Positions 27,599 through 42,565 of a DNA stretch of 64,000 nt are shown piece by piece. The stretch is from positions 317,617-381,616 of the forward strand of contig MNCI01002748.1 of the NCBI GenBank assembly GCA_015680685.1, read 5' to 3'. This stretch comes from Gnetum montanum (lineage: Eukaryota > Plantae > Gnetophyta). The notes beneath the pieces were generated by a model, which saw only the letters and a program-made list of their open reading frames with translations, was not told the DNA's origin and did no database searches. A program made the translations under genes and the position numbers. Numbering within the stretch: position 1 is the first letter of the stretch; every line of letters begins with the position of its first letter.

Positions 27599-28497
27599 TC
27601 ATGAGTCATAATTAGATAGGCTACATTGGCAAACACACATCAAGCATCCTATCAACATATCCCCATCGATGCATGGTAGGTTGCGTTGACGTAGATGCAT
27701 CAACACTGATGTAAGCAAGGCCTATATAAATGCACTCACCACCTACATTTATGGTACCTAAAATTCATAACATAGCCAAGTTCTAGTAGTTTCTTTTCTC
27801 CATAGTTATAATATTTTCCCCTTGAGTGCTTGCAATATGAATTTAAGAGTCTGTATGGTGCTTTATTCAAGTTCCTATGTACCTAAACACATTGGCATGA
27901 ACAATAATAAAGTTGAGATTTCCTATATTCATTATCGAACTTAGATTAGTTTACATTTTACATTCAACACTTTACTTTAAATGAAATTTACATTTATGGC
28001 CCTAAATAATTAATGTAATTAATCATAAATATGTAAGTACGACTACTTTGAGCATAATGTATTATGCTTAATAATCCTAGTAGTAGATATTTAGTACACC
28101 TAGTAATAGCCACTTGATAACCTAGTAGTATTAATATGAGTTTAGGATGTGTACAAAAAGTGAGAACAGTTACTCTATGTTAGGATAGTTAGTGATTAGA
28201 TTATCCAATTAGTTAGATCATTAATTATTAAATCTTCATCTACTCATCTAGCCATTAGGATAAAAAATTTATTGAAAAATACTTATGAAAATATACATCA
28301 TGTGCCTTAACTCATATTTAATGATACATACTATTAATACAAGTGTGAGTTAAGAAGAAGACAATTATAAACTCCATGATTCATTGTTTAGGACTATAGG
28401 AAAACTTAAGAGACTAAGTCTACAAAATTCAACTGGATCACTAGTAAACATTTGTTATATTTTATGATTGGGTATAGGGGATACCTGCTACTCATCA
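27599..28497 (+). repeat. 5' LTR of element B
   Basis: tcatgagtcataatt...ctactcatca, colinear with 52646-53604. Confidence 0.92.
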
Positions 28498-28498
28498 T

Positions 28499-28516
28499 TG
28501 GCACCATTGCCTAGGA
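28499..28516 (+). promoter_or_regulatory. Primer-binding site (tRNA-Asp type) of element B
   Basis: TGGCACCATTGCCTAGGA just after the LTR, a decayed form of the Athila PBS TGGCGCCGTTGCCGGGGA. Confidence 0.85.
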
Positions 28517-28589
28517 CATAGTTTAGCTAAGTATACCAATTAGTAATAAATTATGAATTTATATAAAGACGTTGTAAAGATAAACCAAC

Positions 28590-31500
28590 AATGACCCACT
28601 TTTATTCAAAAAGGAAAATAATTAAAGAAATTAAAATATCAAAGGCATACCAATTATATATAAAACTAACATGTCTTCTTCTCACAAGAACAAATCTCCA
28701 CCAAATGTATGAGAATCCAATTAATGACATGAGGTACCAAAGAAGTCCCAACAGCTTTGAGTCATTTATGTCCATCCAGATTTCACTTTTATTCTTCATC
28801 AAGGTCAACAAATGTGCTAGAAAGACATGGAAGGCAACATTGTATTTCCTTCCAATCAATCTATTCTTGCCATGTTGATGGCTAATCTCATCAAATTAGG
28901 AACCTATAAGGACTATCAACCTATAGATGCCCAGCATAAGAAAGATTGATGCATGAAAGCATGCTAAGGACAAAAGGATTCCAACATCATTATTCTTCCA
29001 GTAGCATAACGAGGATGAGCCAATTCCAATATATAGATTCTCTTCCTTTCTTTCAGAAGGCCACCATTCACCAATGATTATAGTCAACTTTGGAAAATCT
29101 TAGTGATGGGAAGATAGGGTCTCAAGATCAAGAAGCCTCAAAGGATAGAAATCCTAGTCATTCATCTAAAGGCAAGGAGAATGATAAGAAGAAGAAAATA
29201 GAGAAATAGAAGAATGGGGGTAGGGACTAAAGGAGAATGACTAGCAGACACTATTCTTCTAGTTCTCCTTCTTCATCCTTGTCATTCACTTCATCATCAA
29301 ACTCTAATAAGAGGAGCTAGAACTGAGACAAAAGGAGGAGTAGTCAAGACTAGGATGAAGATGGATGATGGGATAGAGATGAATGAAGATCCCACAAAGA
29401 TGATCATGACCGAAGGCATAGACAACTACAAGGGGGAGAAGAGTACCACTGGGAGCAAAGGCATAGTAGGATGCATCATATGCATCATGATCATGAAGGG
29501 GGCCATCGTGAATGAAATAACTATGATGAGCCTCTACTGGCAACTAGAAACATGATCAATATTTTAGAGGTAGTGATAATTCCCACAAGGCATCCAAAAG
29601 ATAGTAGGATTAAGATGCTAGATATGAAAATATTCCCAAGTTCAAAGGGGGATATAACATAGATCCATAAAATCATCTACAAGCCTTTCATGATGCATGC
29701 ACCTTGCAAAACATAGAAAATGAATGGCAAAAACTTAAATTATTCCCAAGGATACTCATCAAAGAAGTAGAAAGTTGGTATCGATCCTTGGAACTAGAAT
29801 CTATTCACCAATGGAGTACCATGTCGAAACTATTCAACAACAAATACCAAATGTACTCCAAAGTGTCTAACTTATTGAGGTAGATCCAAGGATGAAAAAA
29901 AAGAAATCTTGAGTCCTTGGATGTGGCCCTAGGTAGGTACTACTCTCTATTGCACTAGTGTCCAAGATGTGGGTACTCTTAAAGGGAACAACTTCATCAT
30001 ATCATAAATGGAATTTAGAATAAGACAAGGAAAACCCTTGGGATTTATGCCTAAAAAAGACTTTCTAAAATTAGGTTCCATCATATTCAAAGGTTAATTA
30101 AATAGGTGGCCAAAGAAAAATATGAGCTAAAGAAATGTGAGAGTGCAAAGGAGTATAATAGGAATCCCTCAATTCATAAAAGGAAGGTGTGTTTCTCTAA
30201 TTTAGAGAAGGAAGCATCTCTTGATGAAGTGGTGCAAAGGAATACCTTGCCAATACAACACGTTTTCACTAAAATATCAACTAAGGTTGATAAAATGTAG
30301 GGCTCCTTAGACAAGAAGTTCTAAATAGTTCTTAAAATTGCAAAAGAAAGAGCAGAGCAAGGAAGTAGTGCTCAAGATAGAAAGAGAAAGAAGGATGCAA
30401 AAAAGACTTGCCATCAGCAAAATTGTAAAGTTGTGATGCTTGAAGAGGTTGCAAACTCTAAAACAAATGATGATAGATGTGATATCTACTAGTACAAACA
30501 TCCTATGGGATGTTGTCTAGTGTTGCCACATCTGGAGAAGTTTAGGATGTATACATTAAATTCCAAATTTGCAAAAGGGCAAGCACCCAAGTGGTTTCCT
30601 TACCCACAAGAACACTACAAGCAGTAGTTCCACCAAACAACATATTATTTGAGTGGAGCATCTCATCAACGTCATGAGCAATACCAACAGTGGCAAAATC
30701 CATAGTTGTGGGGGATGCCACCACCACAGTAGCAATATCCTTACAAGCAACTAAACCCTTATAGATATTATGTTCAACATCTTGAATCCTCCCATGACTC
30801 ATCTAGGCATGTCTCCTTCTCTTACCACTACTATCATTTGGAATATTATAGAGTACCTTCTTCAAGAGGGGATTCTTCTTTTCCTTTTCCTCCTTCATAT
30901 CCCTCAGCAACTCCTGCATCATCAACCATAATACCCTTCCCACCAGCTCCACCTATGCTAGGAGAAATTCCATCATAACCATAGTAGTGAAATTCCACAA
31001 GGGTAGTAAACTTATAATTAGATATTCATCCAAGTGATTTTGAACTGAAACCTTGCAAGAGATCATTCTTCAGAATGAAAAGCTCCACAAAATCCTTGCA
31101 GCCACCCATGACTATTAACCTTACCTCATCTACCTTTGAAAGTACTCTTGAGCTACCTTCAAATCAAAAGTTCTCTAATGTCCACAATGTCATCTTAACC
31201 CATGTGGTCACTAATTAGATAAATGTTGTCCAACTTTCCATGAAGAAATCTGATCTTGGAAGTTTCCATATGTAAGGATCTGTTAGATTTAAGTTCTAGG
31301 GTAAACTTAATCTACCAAAAATTATATAAGACCTGGAACCTTCCTCCTCTCAAAAAGAGCTATATCAAACTAGAATTTGCAAATTAGTCCATCATTGTTC
31401 TTTTGGGACTAGTGAAGGACAGCATGATCATTATCAGTGGGTGGTCCTATCCTATAGATTTCCTTGTAATCCATGTGGATAGTTGTAAGGGAGACTTCCC

Positions 31501-33757
31501 TATCATTATGGGAATGACTCAGCTAAGTACCATAGATGCCAAGATGAATATTAGAGTATTTTCCTTGAAAATTTGCAAGGAAAATGAATTTGGTAAAATG
31601 AAGAAAAAGAGGGTTCCATGCATCAAATATAGTGACACAGGGTACCATTGCATGTAGAAAATATGGATAGTCAAAGGCAGAGCTATCTAAGCATGAAACT
31701 AGTGTGTCAGAATTGTAGTCATTCAAAAGTGGTTGTATGCAACAACCATGAACTAAGAAGGTACCTAGTGATTGACATCAAAATTTCAAGATGAATTCAT
31801 GCTATGCATAGAACCATTAGAGAGTCTTGCAAGTGCCTACATTGAGAACATTAATGAAATGGAATAGCTCCATATTCAACTCCCTCACAGGTAAAATGAA
31901 ATGGATTGGGGATACTTGAAAATCCCAAATCACTTCAAGTAGGAACTTGTTGAACTAAAATCTTTATCAAAAATTTTGGAATATGCTTTTATTAATAATG
32001 GCAAGTTAATAATCATTAATGCCAACCTTGCTCATGATCAAAAAAAGAAGCTACTAAAAGTGGTGGAAAAATGGCTAGTAGTCTTTACCTAGTCATATCA
32101 TGAACTAACAAGGATAGATCCATGGTTATGCTAGCATTGCATCTATATAGACTCTTCCATCAAGCCAAAGAAGTAGTTTTTGAAAAGACTAAATCAAAAA
32201 CTTATGCAAGTTATAAAGAAAGAAGTAGAACACTTCTTAAGGTTGAGTTCATATATCTAATTGTAGATAGTAAATGGATTAGACCACTCATGATTGCATA
32301 GATTTTAAGATGTTCAACACAGTAACTTTTAAACATCATTTTTCATTGCTATTTTTTGACCAAGTGTTGGACACCCTCGTAGGACATTGCTATTGCATCT
32401 TTCTAGATGGTTATAGTGGCTATAACCAAATCCATATCGTACTAGAGAATCATACCAGAACAACATTCACAAGTCCCTAGGGAACTTTTGTATACAAAAA
32501 GATGGTCTTTGGCCTATGAAATTCTCCTGCTAGTTTCCAATGCTTAATGCTTAGCATCATTCAACAACAAATTGGTAATGGAATAGAAGTCTTCATGGAG
32601 GACTTCTCTACCTATGGTACTACTTTCAAGCAAGCCTTGGACCATCTTGAGCAAGTACTTTAAGGATGTATGAAGACTAATCTAAAGCTCAACTAGTAGA
32701 AAAGCCACTTAGTGGTCCAAGAAGGCATAGTTTTGGGGCACAACACTTCAAACAAAGGGATTGAGGTGGATCCAAAGAACGTACAAGTCATCCAAAGAAT
32801 TACTATACAACCTAAAATGGTAAAAGATGTAAGGTCATTGCTTGGACATATTGGCTATTATTAGTGTTTCATTGAGAAATTCTCAAGAATCACTAAGCCA
32901 TTGGTAGAACTAACAAAGAAGGATGCACCCTTCCATTGGACTAAGGAATGCAAACTAGCATTTTAGCAGTTAAAGGAAAAGCTCGTAGAGACTCACATAC
33001 TACATGCTCTAGAATAGTCTAGACCCTTCCACATAATGACAGATACATCCAATTATGCATTAGAGGTTGTTCTTACATAATTAAATGATCAAAAACATCC
33101 TTATTACGTCCATTATGCAAGAAGAAGAATTTTGCTGGCATAATTAAACTACACCACTGCAAAGAAGGAGCTCATGAAAATGGTATATGCCTTAGAGAAA
33201 TTTAGGCATTATGTGCTTGGATATCATATCTTTGTACACACACAACATAATGCCATCAACTTCCTCATGAATAAACTAGTAGTGAGCCCCCATATCATAT
33301 GGTAGCTGATGATTTTATAGGAGTTGGATCTTACGATGATTGATAGAAAGGGAACAAAGAACATGGTCATTAACCACTTGTCTCAATTATGATGGAACAG
33401 CAAAGAGAACAAGGAAATTTTATTTGATCAATTTCTAGATAAACTCCTTTTTTAAAAAGCTATTAATGCTCAAACTCCTAAAGATCCTAATTGATACAAT
33501 GAATTCCTCTCTTATCTACTCACTCAGGGGACTCCTCAAGAATGGGACAACAGAAAAAAATAATAGTTTCTTCATCAAGTCAAGCATTACATGGAGATAA
33601 AGAGTAACCTTTACAAGGTTTTTGCTAATCACTTAGTACAACATTGAATGCCTAATGCTGATCAAATATGGATCCTTTAAGATCTCATGAGAATTCTTGC
33701 AAGGGTCATTATGCAGGGAGGATAATCATAAAAATTCTTATGGCACGATACATTTTG
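28590..33757 (+). pseudogene. gag-pol remnant of element B, part 1 (gag, AP, RT, RH, start of integrase)
   Basis: Colinear with A: YPIDFLVI..FPIIMG, FLDGYSGYNQI, VFMEDF, ALEKFRHY. Breaks at the GYYW-equivalent position of the integrase zinc finger. 5' boundary approximate. Confidence 0.9.
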
Positions 33758-34609
33758 TGATGAGTTTCATGATTTGGCTATGTCAATGAGATGTTGTCAA
33801 CGCGACCCCATCAACAAGATCTTGTCAACGTGATCCTATCAATGTAGGGTTTCATCCATTGAGGTGTATTCATTGATGGGGATCCCTATCTTGCTAATAA
33901 ATGTGTGCCTACCTATTGCATTTGTGGCATCTCTTCCATAGTTGTAACGAAGTTCTTACAGTTTTTCCATTTAGAAGTTACAATATTTTGTAAGTGCTTG
34001 CAGTAGAAGTCAAAAAGTGTATGGATCTTTATTTAAGCACTATTGTACCTGAGCACTATAGTACGTGCAGAAATAAAGATGAGCTTTCTGATAAATCCTG
34101 TAGCACTTTGAAATAGATTAATTATTTTACTTAAGCATTTAATATTTCAAGAAATTTCCTTTAATGTTTTAAGTAATTAAGTAATTAAATAATTAATTAA
34201 TATAAATTAAATAGCAATTAATTAAAGCACATGAGTATGAACACTTTGAGCATACGCTTGGCACTTAGTAGTGTTAAACATGTTCAAGATGTGTACGACA
34301 AGTGGGAACAAATGCTTATGTTATGTATAGTTAGACATTAGTTAATTCTTAGATCAATTAGTTAGTTAAACATTAAAATTACTTTATTCTTTATTCTTTA
34401 GTGACTTAATTCATAAATGATAAAATGATAAAAATTACATACCTCAATTACACTTAATCATAAACTAGGAAAGCAATGATTGCAATGGTTAGTTTCACCT
34501 CTTAGAATTAGTGTATGAAGAAATATAAAGTCTTTGGAATTTGACCGAATCATTAGGTAAATGCTAGTGATTCATATGGTTTGGCATAGGGTATACTCAC
34601 CACTCATCA
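33758..34609 (+). repeat. 5' LTR of element C
   Basis: TGATGAG...CTCATCA, colinear with 45651-46556. Confidence 0.93.
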
Positions 34610-34610
34610 T

Positions 34611-34628
34611 TGGTGTCATTGTTGGGGA
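34611..34628 (+). promoter_or_regulatory. Primer-binding site (tRNA-Asp type) of element C
   Basis: TGGTGTCATTGTTGGGGA differs from TGGCGCCGTTGCCGGGGA only by C>T and G>A transitions. Confidence 0.88.
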
Positions 34629-34763
34629 TTTTAGCTACTTTCGTGCACTTCTAAGACTTAGTGAAAATCATTCACAATGTTGGATTGAACCTTAAAGTTG
34701 CAATCATTCTAACACTAACAACAATTATAAAAAGCACATTATGAATTTTCTTCTAATTCAAAA

Positions 34764-37700
34764 TTGTCTTCTTCTCACATGGATGATTCTCCACCTAAGT
34801 TTGATCACACATCCAATCCAAAGAATGAACAATCAAATCAACCAATGCCCCAGCAATGCCATGTGGTATATACTCATCCCAATGAGTATATGTCTGATTT
34901 CACCCTCATCCTACATCATAATGATCAAATGCAATGGAGAGACATGAAGGACAACATTGTGTTGTCACCTAATCGATTAATTCCTATGATGCTCCAACAA
35001 ACTCTTATGAGGTTGGGCATCCATGGGCTCCATGCTAAATACATTATGCAAGACCATGACTTAAGGGATTATCATCCCATTGAAGCATAATGCAAAATTG
35101 ATCAACCATAGGAGAAATGCTATGAAGCTACAAAGAAAAAATGGTTCAATAATTCCTTGTTCCTATTGGGAAAAAAAGACAATGAGGATCCCTTCTTTGG
35201 GAGTTCTCATTTCATTGACTCTTCTTCCCTTGGTCTCAATGAAGGGGGCTTGAACCAAAATTTACAGCCCACCATAAACAATCCTAGTTTAGGTAAGAAT
35301 GGAACTTGTGATCATGGGGGATCCAAAGATAGGAGTCATGGTAGGGACAAGGACAGGCATCATAATGATGATCATGGTTGTGATCATCAAAGAGGGGGTG
35401 GCAGGCACCATGGTGTTAGTCCTCCTTCCTCTTCACCTTCATCATCCTCTTCCTCCTCCTCAAGCTTCAACTGAAGTAGTAGAGGACATGATCATGATGG
35501 AGGTAACTGGTGGGATAGAAATGATTGTGATCATAGAGCTCATTAGGATGATCAAGATCAGGGACATGGACATTCAAGGGAGGCCCACCATCATAAGAGA
35601 AGGGAAAATAGAGGGCATCATAGGCATCAGGGTGATCACATAGGCTATTACTATGATGAGCCTTTGTTTGCTACTCAAAACATGATGAATATTGCAGAGG
35701 TAGTAAGAATTCCAACAAGGCATGTGAAAGATAGCTGAATAAAGTGGTTGGACATGAACACTATCCCCAAGTTCAAAGGGGGATACCACTTAGATCCGCA
35801 TAACCATCTACAAGCCTTTCATGATTCTTGTGTCTTGCAAAACATAGAAAATGATTGGCAAAAACTTAAGCTATTTCCTAGGATACTCATAAAAGAAGCA
35901 TAAAGCTAGTACCACTCTCTAGATCCAAAATTAATCTGTAGATGGAGTATGATGCTTGAGCTATTCAATGACAAATATCAAATGTACTCTCGAGTGTCCA
36001 ACTTATGAAAGCAGATCCAAGGTTGGTGACAAGGAACACATGAACCCCTAGATGCAACCATGGACTAGTATTATTCTCTTCTGCATAAATGTCCTAGCCA
36101 TGTTTATTCTTAAAGAAAGCATCTTTGCCATATCATAGATGGTCTCCAATCAGAAACATGGAGAACTCTTGGGGTTTATGCCCAAGGGAGACTATCAGAC
36201 CTTAGAGCTCATCAGATGCAAAGGCTCATTGAGTAGGTTGGCAAAGAAAAGGAGAGCTCAGAAAAATAGAAAGTATGAAGGAGTACAATCAAGACCCTTC
36301 CATCAAAAAAAGGAAAGTTTGGTTTGTTGACAATGAGGAGGAGGTACCAGTTGAGGAAGTGGTACAATGAAAGATCTTGTTGATTCAAAAATCCATCTCT
36401 AAAATTTCAGCTAAGGTAGATAAAATTTGGGACTTTTTGGATGAAAAGTTTGAAACCGCTCTAAAAATAGCAAAAGAAACCAAAGAGCAAAGTAGTGATT
36501 ATGATCGTAGAAGAAGAAAGAAAGCTGAACATGACCACCAAAGGGGTAAGAACAAAGCTGCTATTGTAGAAGAGGTTATGAAGTCTAAATCCAATGATGA
36601 TGATGGATGTGACATATGCCAATACAAACATCCTAAGGGATGTTGCCCTATTGTGTCACACTTGCAATAATTTGGGGTGTACTCTCTAAATCCTAGATTG
36701 GCCAAAAAGATAAGCACTAAGAAGATTACCTTATCCTCAAGGAAATCCAAGGTAGTTCCACCAACAATAAGCCTATTATTCAAGTGGAGCTCCACCACAA
36801 CTAATTGCACAGTATCATTAATGGTAGCATCCATAGTCATGGGGGATTCCACCACCTAGGCAGAAGTATCCTTATAGATAGCTATATCCATATGGGTACT
36901 ATGTTTAGTAACCCATGTCTTTGCATGACTCTTTCAGTTACGCTTCTTTTCAACATCACTACTACCCTCCTGAGTATTACAGAGCTCATTCTTCATATCT
37001 AAGAGGGAAGTTTCCATATCCTTATCATCCTCCTCATTCTTCTACTCATGTCCCTCCACCCTCAACCCAATTACCACCTACTCCATCAATGTAGGAAGAA
37101 ATTCTAGCCCAGCCACAACAACGTAATGCTACTAGGGCTATTAATTTATAGTCAACTCCTTAGCTGAGTGGTTCAAAAGCTAGACCTAGAAAAAGACCAT
37201 TCTTCCAAAATAATAGCCCTACAAAGCCCTCATAGACCCATGCGGCTAATAACCCTACTCCTTCCTCATCCTTTACATCTATTCCATTCAAGTGCCCTCC
37301 AAACCAATCACCTCCCAAAGTGCATACCATCATGTTAACCTATGTGCAGAAACTATGGATCATAAAAGGTACATCAATCAAAGCATGCAAAAAATATGTA
37401 GATGAATCTAAAATTCAAAGGTTCTTGTACATAGTAGCAACAAAACATGAGGACATCTAGTGGCTAACAACTAACCCTGAAAGAAACACACTTTGCATGG
37501 AACCTACTAAGAGCTTGACATGTGCCTATGTTGAAGGGATGGATGAACTAGAGTAAGTTCATTGCCAACTCTCCAATGATGAACCTAATGATACCTATTG
37601 GGGAGAGTTGAAAATCCTAGAAAAATTTAAACAAAAATCCTTAGAGTTAAAAACTCAACTTGTCTGCAGAATGAGAAGCTATTGAATGTGGTTAACAAAT

Positions 37701-40390
37701 GGCCAATAACCTTTTCTTGATCATATCTTAAACTCACTAGGATTAATCCTCATGTATGCTAACATTGCATCTATACCAATCCTTCCATCAAGCCAAAGAG
37801 GCAACCACAACAACGACTGAATCCCAAATTGAAGCATATCATCAATTAGAAAATTAAACAACTCCTTAAGGCAAGGTTCATCTATCCAATTGTAGATAGT
37901 GAGTGGGTTAGCCCACTTGTGATCATGCCAAAGAAATGTGGCAAGTGGAGGGTGTGTATTAATTTTACGTTGTTGAACATGGCAACCTACAAAGATCATT
38001 TTCCATTGTCATTTGTAGACCAAGTATTGGATACCATTTCTAGGCATTGTTTTTACAAATTTCTAGATGGTTATAGTGGTTATAACTAAATTCAAATCGC
38101 ATCAAAGGATCAAGCCAAAACTACATTCATAATTTCTTAGGGGACTCTTACTTATAGAAAAATGTCATTTAGTCTGTGTAATGCCCCTGCAACCTTTCAA
38201 AGCTTTGTCCTTAGAATTTTTCAATAGTATATTAGTAGCAGGATGGGAGTCTTTATGAATGACTTCTCCACCTATGGTGCTACATTTTTGAGTAGGCCTT
38301 AGATGACCTTGAGTAAGTGCTTAAAAGATGCATAGAGGCTAACCTTTGACTCAATTAAAAAAAGAGCCACCTAATGATCCAAGAGGGCATTCTGCTTGGG
38401 CATAGAATTTCTTAAGTAGAAATTGAGGTGGACCCTAAAAATATTAGATTCATCCAAGAAATAACTTGCAAACCAAAAATCATTAAAGCTGCCCAATCAT
38501 TCCTTGGACACATTGGCTACTACCGACAATTCATAGAGAATTTCTCTATGATCACTAAACCATTAGTTAAGCTTACAAAGAAATATGCTCTATTCATATG
38601 GATTAAGGAATGTGAAAAGACATTCCAGCAACTCAAAGAGAAGCTTGTAGAAACTCCAATTCTCAAGCACCTAACTAGTCCTAACCAATTCACATCATGG
38701 TGGACTCATCAAACTATGCCTTGGGAGTCATGCTTATGTAACTAGATGATCAAAAATGTCCATAATACATTCACTACACAAGCCTAAGCATTGTGGGTGC
38801 ATAGCTAAACTACACCACAACAAAGAAAGAGTTGATGGTAGTAGTGTTGCCTTGGAGAAGTTCAAGCACTATGTGCTTGAATACAAGTGTTTGTGCATAT
38901 TGACTACAGTGCCATTTGCTTCTTGATGAACAAGTCGATAGTGAGTCCTTGTGTCATATGGTGGCTTGTGATCTTGCAGGAATTTGATCTTACAATGATT
39001 AATCAAAAGGAAATTAAGAATGTGGTTGCTGAGCACTTGTCTTAGTTACGATTGAACAACAAAGAGGAGGAGAGTCCACTCTCTAATCAATTTCTTGATG
39101 AACTCCTCTTTGCTAGTACAATGAATGAACAAGTGCCTATTGAACTTGCATGGTACAATGGTATCCTCACTTATCTTTTCACTTAGGAGATGCCACAAGA
39201 CTTGGACCACTGGAAGAAACAACAATTTCTTCATCAGGCCAAATGCTTCATGAAGATCAATAGACATCTTTATAAGGTGTGTGCCGATGACTTAGTTTAT
39301 TGGTCTATTCCTAATACTAATCAACTACATGTTCTCCAAGATGTTGACAAGGGTCATTGTGGGGGTCACTATGCTAAAATATTCATGGCCATTAAGATCC
39401 TGATGGTAGGGTATTATTGGCCAACACTCTTTAGAGACACCCATGCCTTCATCTGCTCTTGTGAACACTGTCAACAAGATGGTGGGATAACCACTCAAAT
39501 GAAGGAACCACAACAATGGATTCAACCACTATAACCCTTTGATATTTGGGGCATAAACTTCATGGGTTCCATCACACCCATGTCAAATGAAAAGGTATAT
39601 ATCATAGTGGTTGTTGTTGACTATTGTAAAAAATGGGAAGAAGCAATAGCTATCACCAACTGTACATCTTCCACTATTGCATGGTTTGTACAAAAAACTG
39701 TGGTAAACAAGTTTGGAGTGCTAGGTGGACTGATTTTTGACAATGGTACTTATTTTATAGGTGCTACTTTTTGCAAGCTTATGCAACACTTGGGGGTTGA
39801 ACATAAACTAACAACACCCTACCACCCCCAAGCCAACGATCAGGTAGAGGTTACAAACATTAAGATCTTAACCAAAACAATAAGCAAATATAGAAGAGGC
39901 TAAAGGACAAAACTTAACGATGCCCTCTAGGCATACTGCTCAACATGAAAACTCTCTATAGGCGATACTCCCTATGAGCTTGTGTACAAAAAATTACTAA
40001 CTCTTCCAATTCAATTTGAGCACCATACACTTTCAACAGCCTATGACCTTGACCTTGATCTTAGCCTAGCATAGAAAGAAAGATTGATTAACCTTAACAT
40101 GCTAGATGAGAATAGATTGGTGTCCTTGTCCTTGAATGAACTACATAAGGCATTCAACAAAAAATGCCATGACCTTAGAATAAGAAGAGTAAAATTTCAA
40201 CCTAGAGACAAGGTCCTCTATTGAAACCCTACACATGTGTCGCAATGAACTAAGTTCCAAACATTGTGAGAAGGACCTTAAATAATTTATGAAACCTTTC
40301 CTACTAGGACCATGTTGATCTAAAAACCTAAAAGTCCAAACAAATAGCAACTGGTCAACATGCAACAACTCAAACCTTTCCATGAGCACA
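34764..40390 (+). pseudogene. gag-pol remnant of element C (protease region deleted)
   Basis: Gag knuckle CDICQYKHPKGCC. RT FLDGYSGY and FLGHIGYYRQFIENFS. Integrase CGGHY..GYYWPTLFRD..C.HCQ, DNGTYF, TTPYHPQANDQVE. Confidence 0.92.
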
Positions 40391-42565
40391 AGAAAGCCAA
40401 TGTAAGCAACACCTTAATGGATGGACCTCGCTCAATTCTTTGGATCTCCTCCTTTCAACTTAGTCATGGGGAAGACAACCATCTGTGCTAATCATATAAG
40501 TGGCTCTTTAGTTTTTATAATTTTTTGTTTTACACTTTTTTGTTTTACACTTTCTTTGTTTTATACTTTTTGTTTTACACCTCGTTAATTTTACATCTTT
40601 TTGTTTTACGCTTTGTTATTTTTCCATTTTTTGTTTTACAACATCATTAGTACATTTTAACTTTCTTGAATATTTTACAATTTCCTTTATATATTTTACT
40701 TTATTTTGGTGTGAATTTTTCTTATTCTTGTTTTCTAATAAATTTCTTTATTGCCAATAGGACATAGTGATGGTGTAGCTGTTTGCTAATGGTGGTTTAT
40801 ATTTAATGTTTTTGATTGTTAATGTATGGTTTTTATTTTTGAATTTTAATGACTAATGACTAAGAAAAAATTTCTGTTTCATGGAATGGGCATTGAGTCC
40901 ATGTCATCCATCCATCCATAACAATCTATGGTATTCCTAGTTTTGGAAATATGAGGTCCCTTTTATTAATGAAACTCTAACGAACTTGTGACCCTAGTAG
41001 CTTCCAAATTTGGGGAGGATCAAATGGATTGATAAGGATGTAACTTCAAGGGAACTTGATGTTCGTTGTTCCTTTCTACTTGAGTGCATGAGTGTTTTTC
41101 ATGGATTTCTTACTATTCAATGTTGACCAATAATAGGAAGTTAATAAGTCTTTGGATGGTGTGGTTCCCATCCAAAAATCCCTAAAAACATAAAACACCA
41201 AAAAAACATGATGGAAACTCAAAGCACATCCCTTAGATAAAATAACAAGCTACAAGCACTGGTTATGTAACTACAAAGACATGATACCCATGTCTAAAGG
41301 TCCCCTCTAACTACAGCTCTTTCTCACTTCCTAATTCTTTTTTCTTCTTAATAAGGAATGGTTTTTGATCTATGGGAGCATTCTTGTGTCTCAAGGAGTT
41401 GGATTGGGCTTAGAGTGTCAATGCAAAGTCACTAAAAGTGGTTGGTTTTGATCTATACTATGGATGGACTTTATCGGTTCATTTAACCATAAGATCCATA
41501 AGGAACTTCATGTAACCAAAATTTGGAACTTCATTCCACTTTCTCTCTCTTCCACTTATGCTTTCTATAACTCACCTCACTGTTAGTTTCCATGTCTTGT
41601 TTAATTTTTTAGTTTGATGTGTTAAAATTCATAAGAAGATTCTTTCAAATTCAGTCCTTAACTTTTCATAACCATCAATCAACTATGGGGCCCACAAACT
41701 CCTTGGTTTGAGGATATGCAAGGGCAAAAGGGCATGAGCCTACTATGGGAAGGATCCACTTGCATATCTCTTAGTTGGATTAGTTAAGTTCCTTATCCTT
41801 AGGCATTCCCACAATCAAATCTTTTGTGTGCCCCATTGATTGCATCCAATTTTGCGCTTCTTAAGGTATTTTCTTTGTAAAATTTTATTATCCCATCAAA
41901 TTCTCCACTTTTGTGAATTAATAAGCCTTCTTCTAGTATTTCATTATGTTCATGGATTTTCTAGCTCTCCGTAGACCCTAATTTCATGTTCAAACTCCTC
42001 ATACTTTTTGAAATATTTAATGTGAAAATTTTTTAGAACAACTCCATTGATGGGACCCTATATATGCATCCCACCCATCGACATGACCCTATCAACATAG
42101 GCCAAAAAGTCTATATATCTGCACAAACACTTAGCAATTTTTCACATTTACTCACAAATGAGGAAAAAGTTTTTGAACTTTTCATAGCCCAGAACCTTCC
42201 AAGAGCCATATCTTCCTAAGTGTTTGTTCAAAAGACTCTGTTCTTCAATCTTGTAGCTACCAAAGGTAAGCTCTTTGTCGTGGGGGATACAAACCTTAAG
42301 TTTTCAATAGAAAATTTTTCAATATTTTTCTAACTCCCACAAAGGTTTAACTAAGAAACCAACATTGAAACATCAAATTATGAGAGGTAAACCTTTCCAA
42401 CAAGCTCCAGTGATATTAAGAATTAAAAATTATTAAAATAATAATAAAATAATCAATTTTCCATGGTTAAAAATTAGCCTAAGTGTAATTGCCCAATGAG
42501 ATAAGGTACTTAAAGGTTATAAGTTATACATTATATGCTAATCCTTGGATATGTTTTGACCACAA

